From contig CP070751.1 of NCBI GenBank assembly GCA_020348445.1, positions 3,169,315 through 3,184,240 of the forward strand: DNA of 14,926 bases, read 5' to 3'. Source of the DNA: Thermoplasmata archaeon. GTDB taxonomy: Archaea; Thermoplasmatota; Thermoplasmata; GCA-020350865. Both the position numbers and the translations under genes were made by a program. Positions 1-6,225 of the stretch are shown piece by piece; the stretch's first letter is position 1, and each line of letters opens with the position of its first letter. The notes beneath the pieces were generated by a model. The model saw only the letters and a program-made list of their open reading frames with translations, made no database searches and was not told the DNA's origin.

Positions 1-82
1 GGGGTGTGTACATACGAATAATAATCCCTGGCGAGGAGATAAGAGGATTAAAGCGTTAAAATGCTTTCCTGTCATAATCAGT

Positions 83-2665
83 GTGCTTTTTATCATATCA
101 ATTACAATGTTGATTGTTTCTGATGAAGATTTAATACTAACCTCAAGTGGTACAACAATTTATGTTCCTAACGATTATCCCACAATTCAAGAAGCTATAA
201 ATGCTGCAAAAGATGGTGATACGGTCTATGTCTACAGCGGGATATATTATGAAAATGTATTGATAAATAAAGCATTAAATTTGACTGGAGAAAATAAGGA
301 ATTTACTATTATCAACGGTGGAGGAGCCGGAAACACAGTTCATATAAGTGCAAATTGGGTGAATATCACAGGATTCACAATCACTGCTGACCACCCTAAT
401 GTTGACGGGCTGGTAGTAAATTCTGATCATGATACCATTGCAGGTAATAAATTTTCAACCACCGAGATTGGAATTTATATCTTGAATTCCAGTGCCATTA
501 ATATCTTTGATAATATTATGGATAGTAATGGAATTTATATTGAAGGTGATCAACTTGAGTACTGGAACACACACGAAATTGACAAGTCAAACATAGTCAA
601 TGATAAACCGATTCATTATTGGAAAAACCAAATAGAGGGCATAGTCCCCTCTGATGGGGGACAGGTTATCCTCGCAAACTGCACGAACGTCATTGTAGAG
701 GGACAAATGATTGCTAATGTTTATGTGGGTATTTACCTTGGATTTTCATTTAACAATTTTATTATAAATAATGGAGTTTCTGCATGCAGGGGCAGACATA
801 GCATCAATCTTTATCGTTCAAGCGGAAATAACCTCATAGGTAATTTTGTTGAAAACAATGCCGGTATTGGTCTTTACCTCCATCATTCTCACGAAAACAA
901 CATATCGGGCAATACATTTATGAACAATTACTTTGATTGTATCCGTTTTACTAATTCACATAGAAATTACATCACAGGCAATTTCATATATTCACCATTC
1001 GGAATAGGGGATGGCATCCATCTCGAACATTCAGATGGTAATTACATTATTAGCAACAACGCTTCATTCAATTCTATTGGTATCCGGTTGTTGTATTCAT
1101 CGAACAACACCATCGAAAACAACACCTGCGATCGGTGCGCTTTTGGTATTATTCTTCGGGAATATTCCCTTGGCAGTACCGTCAAAAACAACCACCTTCA
1201 CCGGAACTCATACGGAATCGATATCAGTGCTTCCAATGAGACCACCATCGTAGGCAACAACATTGCCCACAATGGTGAAGACGGTGTTGATATCGGTTCA
1301 TCCCATAGAAACATCATAACAGGCAACACCATCTTCTCGAACGGCGATTGTGGTATCTCATTCTGGTCGTCCTATGAGAACAGCCTCACTCGCAACAACA
1401 TATCCTTTAACGACGAGTCCGGTATTAAGCTCGAATATTCTGAGAGGCATACCATCCATGACAACAATGTTACGAATAATAAGCATGGATTGTATCTTTA
1501 CAGACTTTCACACAACAACATTATAACAGGCAATACAATATCATCGAATAATTACGACGGTATTCTTCTTGAACTGTCATCGAACAACAAAATAACAGGC
1601 AATGATATTTCCGACAATTTAAGAGGCATAAATCTTTCCTTTTTTTCCTTTCCCTCAAGCAACAATGTTATATTAGGCAACAACATTTCGAACAACAGCC
1701 TAGGCATAAGGCTTTCTTCAGCATTGAACAATGCTATAATGGGTAACAATATTACTTTGAACAGTTTGGATGGCATCCGCTTACTCTCTTCTTCCGACTG
1801 GCATAGCATTATAGGTAATACCGTCTTCTCGAACGGCAACTATGGTTTCTATTTAAATGACTCGACAAATAACAGTATTTACCACAACAACATCATAAAC
1901 AATACAAATCAAGCTTATGATGGCACGAATAATGGAAACCGATGGGACGATGGCTATCCTTCAGGCGGGAATTATTGGTCAGATTTCGATGAATCAAGCG
2001 AAGGAGCATATGATGAGTATAATGGGGAAGATCAAGATAAATTAGGAAGCGATGGTATAGTTGATAATGGGACCATTGGAAGTGGTGGTAAGAATCCCTA
2101 TGTGATCGATTCGAATTCTCAGGACAACTACCCCCTTATCGAGCCCTACAAAAATTATATGATTTTAAAACAGGGGTGGAACCTCATTTCTCTCCCTCTA
2201 ACCCAGGAAGAACAAAACCTTACAAAAGTGCTTGGGTCAATAAATGGATTGTATGATGCTGTTCAATGGTATAATATCACAGACGAAAAAGACCAATGGA
2301 AGCATTACAAAGTAGGTAAGCCCTATGGTAACGATTTATTTGAGCTGAACGAGAAAATGGGCTTTTGGATTCATATCACCCAGCCAGGGGATACGATATT
2401 TTTCTATAATGGCACTCGGTTAGCCGAGAATCAGAACATTGCTTTAAATCCGGGATGGAACATGGTAAGCTATCCCTCTCTGAGCAATAGGGACAGAACC
2501 GCAGCTTTGAACAACATCGATTTTCCATCTGATGTCGATGCGATCTGGACCTATAATTCTCATACACAAAAATGGCAAAAGATGGGACCATCTGATTATT
2601 TCGAGGTCGGAAGAGGATATTACATCCATGCTAAAAGTAAGTGCGATTGGGAGGTCCCGCTTTGA
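83..2665 (+). CDS. Secreted parallel beta-helix (NosD/CASH-type) surface protein with duplicated GWN C-terminal module; the true start is probably upstream of 83
   Basis: 860-aa ORF with N-cap TIYVPNDYPTIQEAINAAKDGDTV, many ~22-aa GIxLxxSxNNxIxxN coils, an NIVNDKPIHYW..GQVILANC insert, a GGNYWSD linker and GWNLISLP/GWNMVSYP repeats. The frame is stop-free back to position 2 and encodes a basic n-region (HTNNNPWRGDKRIKALK) before the hydrophobic stretch. Confidence 0.93.
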   Translation: MLFIISITMLIVSDEDLILTSSGTTIYVPNDYPTIQEAINAAKDGDTVYVYSGIYYENVLINKALNLTGENKEFTIINGGGAGNTVHISANWVNITGFTITADHPNVDGLVVNSDHDTIAGNKFSTTEIGIYILNSSAINIFDNIMDSNGIYIEGDQLEYWNTHEIDKSNIVNDKPIHYWKNQIEGIVPSDGGQVILANCTNVIVEGQMIANVYVGIYLGFSFNNFIINNGVSACRGRHSINLYRSSGNNLIGNFVENNAGIGLYLHHSHENNISGNTFMNNYFDCIRFTNSHRNYITGNFIYSPFGIGDGIHLEHSDGNYIISNNASFNSIGIRLLYSSNNTIENNTCDRCAFGIILREYSLGSTVKNNHLHRNSYGIDISASNETTIVGNNIAHNGEDGVDIGSSHRNIITGNTIFSNGDCGISFWSSYENSLTRNNISFNDESGIKLEYSERHTIHDNNVTNNKHGLYLYRLSHNNIITGNTISSNNYDGILLELSSNNKITGNDISDNLRGINLSFFSFPSSNNVILGNNISNNSLGIRLSSALNNAIMGNNITLNSLDGIRLLSSSDWHSIIGNTVFSNGNYGFYLNDSTNNSIYHNNIINNTNQAYDGTNNGNRWDDGYPSGGNYWSDFDESSEGAYDEYNGEDQDKLGSDGIVDNGTIGSGGKNPYVIDSNSQDNYPLIEPYKNYMILKQGWNLISLPLTQEEQNLTKVLGSINGLYDAVQWYNITDEKDQWKHYKVGKPYGNDLFELNEKMGFWIHITQPGDTIFFYNGTRLAENQNIALNPGWNMVSYPSLSNRDRTAALNNIDFPSDVDAIWTYNSHTQKWQKMGPSDYFEVGRGYYIHAKSKCDWEVPL
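1769..2665 (+). repeat. Colinear 897-nt 3' segment shared by gene 1 and gene 2 (copy at 4261-5157)
   Basis: An identical 33-nt block starts at 1769/4261, and the stop codons (2665/5157) have the same 2492-nt offset. Protein sequences align without gaps. Confidence 0.9.
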
Positions 2666-5157
2666 GGGAAAAAATTCAATCAATCATAATCTGTTTAATG
2701 CTTATTTTCGCTATCTTTGCTACCATTGATTTGGCATTTGAATTTGCACCTACTTGTGGAAGTTCAACGATTTATGTTCCCACTGATTATCCCACTATAC
2801 AGGATGCGATAAATGCAGCCAAGGATGGCGATACCGTCTATGCCTTTAGCGGGACATATTATGAAAATGTGGTGGTAAATAAGGCCATTGACCTGATAGG
2901 ACAGGATAAAAAAACCACAATAATTGATGGTGATTGGAATGGAGATGTTATCTATGTGGGTGTTAATTGGGTGAACATCACAGGATTTACACTCACTAAA
3001 AGTGGTGGGAATTCTGAGGATGCGGGAATAGAATTTAACAGTGTCCAGAACTGTAGATTCATTGACAATAATGTTTCATTAAATGGCAGACAAGGTATTT
3101 ATATTTATAATTCCAACTACATCAACATAATAAGAAATAAGGTGACTTCGAACTCCGGTCGCGGTATTTTTCTCGATTCTTCCAACCAAAACTATATCAT
3201 AGGTAATAATGCTTCAGACACCAAATTTGATGATGGCATCCGTCTTGATTGGTCATCGGGCAACACGATCGAGAACAACATCGCCTCGAATAACGAGAAA
3301 TATGGCATCTGCCTCTGGCAATCCCATGGGAACAATATCATTAACAACACCTGCAACTCGAACTTTTGGGACGGTATCGAAGTGAGTTACTCATCCAGCA
3401 ATATGATCGCTAACAACACTTTCTCAAACAATGATTATGCTGGTATAAATATCGATGATCACAGTCCAGACAACAACGTCATAGGAAATACCATCTCCTC
3501 AAATCTCGAGTGTGGCATTATTAACTTTCCTAATTCGGATGGCACCAACATCACCGGTAACAATGTTTCGAACAATGATTGGGCAGGTATCTATATCGGT
3601 TCCTCCTCAAACCACATAATAACAGCCAACACTGTTTATTCGAACAATTGGAGCGGCATTGCTATATATTACCCCTCGGAAAACAACACAATCACAAACA
3701 ACTATGTATTATCGAATAATGATAGCGGCCTCCGCCTCGAGTCAACACCAAACAACACAATCACTGGTAATAATATAACGAACAATAACGATGGCATCTA
3801 TATTCTCGGTTCATCAAACACAATTTCAAGCAACAATGTCTCATCAAATAGTCGGGATGGTATCATAATTCTGGGAACATCAAACACAATTTCAAGCAAC
3901 AATGCCTCATCGAACAGTGAGAACGGCATCCGTCTTGGCGGTTCATCAAACACGATCACAGGCAACAATGTATATTCGAACAATAATAGTGGTATCCGCT
4001 TTGGTTCATCACAAAACAACAACATAATCGGTAATAATATAGTAAATAATTGGGACGGCATTGATTTCTATTACGATTTAAACAACAATGTAACATACAA
4101 TCATATATCATCGAATAATAGGGATGGCATCCGCCTTGTCCAGTCATCAAATATCAACATCTTGGGTAACGTAATTTCAGACAATTTAGAAGGTATAAAT
4201 GTATCCTCATCATCAGACGACAATAAAATATCAGGCAACAAAGTTTCTTTAAACAATAATGATGGCATCCGCTTACTCTCTTCTTCCGACTGGAATAACA
4301 TTATAGCCAATACTATCTTTTCAAACAGCAACTTTGGTTTCTATTTAAACGACTCGACAAATAACAGTATTTACCACAACAACATCATAAACAATACAAT
4401 TCAAGCTTACGATGGTACCAATCATGGAAACAGATGGGACAATGGATATCCTTCAGGCGGCAATTACTGGTCAGATTTTGATGAATCAAGTGAAGGGGCA
4501 TATGATGAGTATAATGGAGAAGGTCAAAATATTTTGGGTAGCGACGGTATAGTTGATAATGGGACGATTGGAGGGGGTGGAAAGAATCCATATGTGATCG
4601 ATTCGGATTCCCGGGACAACTACCCGCTTATCGAGCCCAACAAAAATTATATGATTTTAAAGCAGGGCTGGAATCTGATTTCTATGCCCCTGATCCAGGA
4701 AGAGCAAAACCTAACAAAAGTGCTTAAATCCATAGATGGCTTGTATGATGCTGTCCAATGGTATGATATTACCGATACAAGAGATCCCTGGAAACATTAC
4801 AAAGTAGGCAAGCCCTATGGAAATGATTTAAAGAAGCTAAACGAAAAAATGGGTTTTTGGATTCATATAACTCAGCCGGGAGACACGATTTTCTTTTATA
4901 ATGGTACTAGGCTAACCGAGAACCAGAACATCGCTTTACATCCGGGATGGAATCTTGTTGGCTATCCCTCACTGAACAATAGGGATAGAACCGCGGCCTT
5001 GAACAACATCGATTTCCCATCTGATGTTGATGCGATCTGGACCTATAATTCCGCGCAACAGAGATGGGAGAAGATGGGTCCGTCTGATTATTTCGAGATC
5101 GGAAGGGGGTACTATATTCACTCCAAAGTCACAAAGGTTTGGGATGTAACTCTTTGA
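2662..5157 (+). CDS. Secreted parallel beta-helix (NosD/CASH-type) surface protein, paralog of the preceding gene
   Basis: Track ORF is 2641..5157. I prefer TTG 2662: GGAGGT at 2650-2655 lies 6 nt upstream, TTGA overlaps the previous stop, and it gives the signal peptide MREKIQSIIICLMLIFAIFA. Same N-cap, coils and C-terminal module as gene 1. Confidence 0.93.
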   Translation: MREKIQSIIICLMLIFAIFATIDLAFEFAPTCGSSTIYVPTDYPTIQDAINAAKDGDTVYAFSGTYYENVVVNKAIDLIGQDKKTTIIDGDWNGDVIYVGVNWVNITGFTLTKSGGNSEDAGIEFNSVQNCRFIDNNVSLNGRQGIYIYNSNYINIIRNKVTSNSGRGIFLDSSNQNYIIGNNASDTKFDDGIRLDWSSGNTIENNIASNNEKYGICLWQSHGNNIINNTCNSNFWDGIEVSYSSSNMIANNTFSNNDYAGINIDDHSPDNNVIGNTISSNLECGIINFPNSDGTNITGNNVSNNDWAGIYIGSSSNHIITANTVYSNNWSGIAIYYPSENNTITNNYVLSNNDSGLRLESTPNNTITGNNITNNNDGIYILGSSNTISSNNVSSNSRDGIIILGTSNTISSNNASSNSENGIRLGGSSNTITGNNVYSNNNSGIRFGSSQNNNIIGNNIVNNWDGIDFYYDLNNNVTYNHISSNNRDGIRLVQSSNINILGNVISDNLEGINVSSSSDDNKISGNKVSLNNNDGIRLLSSSDWNNIIANTIFSNSNFGFYLNDSTNNSIYHNNIINNTIQAYDGTNHGNRWDNGYPSGGNYWSDFDESSEGAYDEYNGEGQNILGSDGIVDNGTIGGGGKNPYVIDSDSRDNYPLIEPNKNYMILKQGWNLISMPLIQEEQNLTKVLKSIDGLYDAVQWYDITDTRDPWKHYKVGKPYGNDLKKLNEKMGFWIHITQPGDTIFFYNGTRLTENQNIALHPGWNLVGYPSLNNRDRTAALNNIDFPSDVDAIWTYNSAQQRWEKMGPSDYFEIGRGYYIHSKVTKVWDVTL
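3812..3970 (+). repeat. Three tandem 66-nt beta-helix coil repeats inside gene 2
   Basis: CATCAAACACAATTTCAAGCAACAATG is identical at 3812 and 3878; a variant CATCAAACACGATCACAGGCAACAATG is at 3944. Confidence 0.85.
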
Positions 5158-5256
5158 TCGAGTTCGATCCTAAATAGAAACTGAAAAACGATTAGACCCA
5201 TCTTCTGGAAATTCAATGAACTTTCATATAGTCTTGACATTTTCTAATAAAAAAGT

Positions 5257-5290
5257 CTTTTGCGGAACGTTCCACAAAAGGTATATATAC
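5257..5290 (+). promoter_or_regulatory. Archaeal BRE/TATA promoter with overlapping 24-bp palindrome
   Basis: CAAAAG (5275-5280) followed by GTATATATAC (5281-5290). CTTTTGCGGAAC|GTTCCACAAAAG (5257-5280) pairs at 11 of 12 positions. An equivalent promoter sits at 10281-10297. Confidence 0.65.
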
Positions 5291-5390
5291 ACCAACTAAC
5301 AACTATTATGCAAAGGAAGGTACTTTAAGAAATATTACCACTTGAGAAGTTGTCACGCCATTAATAAACACGGAGAGGGTGGAGGTGATA

Positions 5391-5516
5391 ATGAAGCATC
5401 AGAGGAGGGATAACAATATGATAATCCAGTTGAAACTTTCAAGAACCAACCCTTTGATATTTTTGAGCTGTGAGATGTTAGCGCGCCGAGGTGGGGCGCG
5501 GTATAAATACCAATAA
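5391..5516 (+). CDS. Possible 41-aa upstream ORF (MKHQRRDNNMIIQLKLSRTNPLIFLSCEMLARRGGARYKYQ)
   Basis: GGAGGTGA at 5381-5388 directly before ATG 5391; a second in-frame ATG at 5418 follows GGAGG. Protein-level conservation with the paralogous region is poor. Confidence 0.25.
   Translation: MKHQRRDNNMIIQLKLSRTNPLIFLSCEMLARRGGARYKYQ
5402..5513 (+). repeat. Conserved leader element, copy 1 (copy 2 at ~10381-10494)
   Basis: Identical blocks TCCAGTTGAAACTTTC (5425-5440/10404-10419), GCGCCGAGGTGGGGCGCG (5483-5500/10461-10478) and TATAAATACCAA (5502-5513/10483-10494). Confidence 0.9.
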
Positions 5517-5550
5517 ACTCCTTATATCAAGGGGAGGAAGGTGATTAAGA

Positions 5551-6066
5551 ATGAGAAGATTCATAGCAATATTAGGAACACTATTAATAGCAGCGGTATT
5601 TATCATAAGCGGGTCAGCCGTCGCAGGATATGTAAATGAGTATATACCTGAAGGTTCTTCAGCTGTTACGAATCCAGATGAAGCAGAGGGGCCTGAAGAC
5701 TATACTTATGCCACCGTGGGAATAAATAGTCCTCCCACGCTCGGAGTACTGCTTCTCGATCTAGGTGATGAAGAGAATTGGATGGATGCTGAACAAGATT
5801 TCACGGTTTATGGCTGGGAGTATGGTCCAGGCACTAACATTTTCGAAGAATATACCGTTGTAATATATAACGATGGCCTAACTGCTCGTTACGGACCATA
5901 TTACGGAGATGATGATGAGGATAAAGTCTTTCAAACACCTAGCACCCCCACAAACCCAGATTGGCGCTATATTGAGATCAATGGTACATCAGGGGAAGTC
6001 GATTTTGAGAACCATGATGATACAATCTACGGCCCGGAAATAGATGCAGTGGGTTGGAGAGCCTAA
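5551..6066 (+). CDS. Small secreted acidic protein (YGPEIDAVGW C-terminus), probably a beta-sandwich/jelly-roll; function unknown
   Basis: 171 aa with SD GGAAGGTGA (5536-5544) and a Sec-type signal MRRFIAILGTLLIAAVFIISGSAVA. Clear paralog at 10517..11017. Confidence 0.9.
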   Translation: MRRFIAILGTLLIAAVFIISGSAVAGYVNEYIPEGSSAVTNPDEAEGPEDYTYATVGINSPPTLGVLLLDLGDEENWMDAEQDFTVYGWEYGPGTNIFEEYTVVIYNDGLTARYGPYYGDDDEDKVFQTPSTPTNPDWRYIEINGTSGEVDFENHDDTIYGPEIDAVGWRA

Positions 6067-6100
6067 ACCGTGGAGATAGAACAAATAACATACAAATTAG

Positions 6101-6150
6101 CCTGGGAGCAAAACCGACTCTCAGGTATCTCCCTATTTTTCTATTCTTTT
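6101..6150 (+). terminator. Putative terminator: hairpin plus T-rich tract
   Basis: CCTGGGAG (6101-6108) / CTCTCAGG (6118-6125) form an 8-bp stem with one G-U pair, followed by TATTTTTCTATTCTTTT. Confidence 0.5.
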
Positions 6151-6176
6151 GGGTTAAAAGGCGAAAAGTGTATAAG
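6146..6176 (+). promoter_or_regulatory. Putative BRE/TATA promoter of the beta-helix/CARDB gene
   Basis: CGAAAA (6162-6167) then GTGTATAAG (6168-6176), conserved with 11114-11128 upstream of the paralogous gene, about 50 nt before the SD-preceded start. Confidence 0.55.
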
Positions 6177-6225
6177 ATAGTAAAACAATTGATAAATACG
6201 GTGGTCTAGGTAAAGGAGGGTTGTT

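Noticed and set aside
2400-5157. Diversity-generating retroelement (template/variable repeat pair in 3' ends)
   Set aside because: No reverse transcriptase in the window, both copies are coding, and the differences I inspected are largely synonymous and not adenine-restricted.
5425-5440. GTTGAAAC resembling the 3' end of archaeal CRISPR repeats
   Set aside because: Only two copies, 5 kb apart, with no spacer periodicity and no cas genes.
5402-5513. Match of the leader to known riboswitches or box C/D RNAs
   Set aside because: I found no TPP, fluoride, SAM, c-di-AMP or C/D box consensus by eye. An AGCCC/GGGCT stem in copy 2 is not preserved in copy 1.
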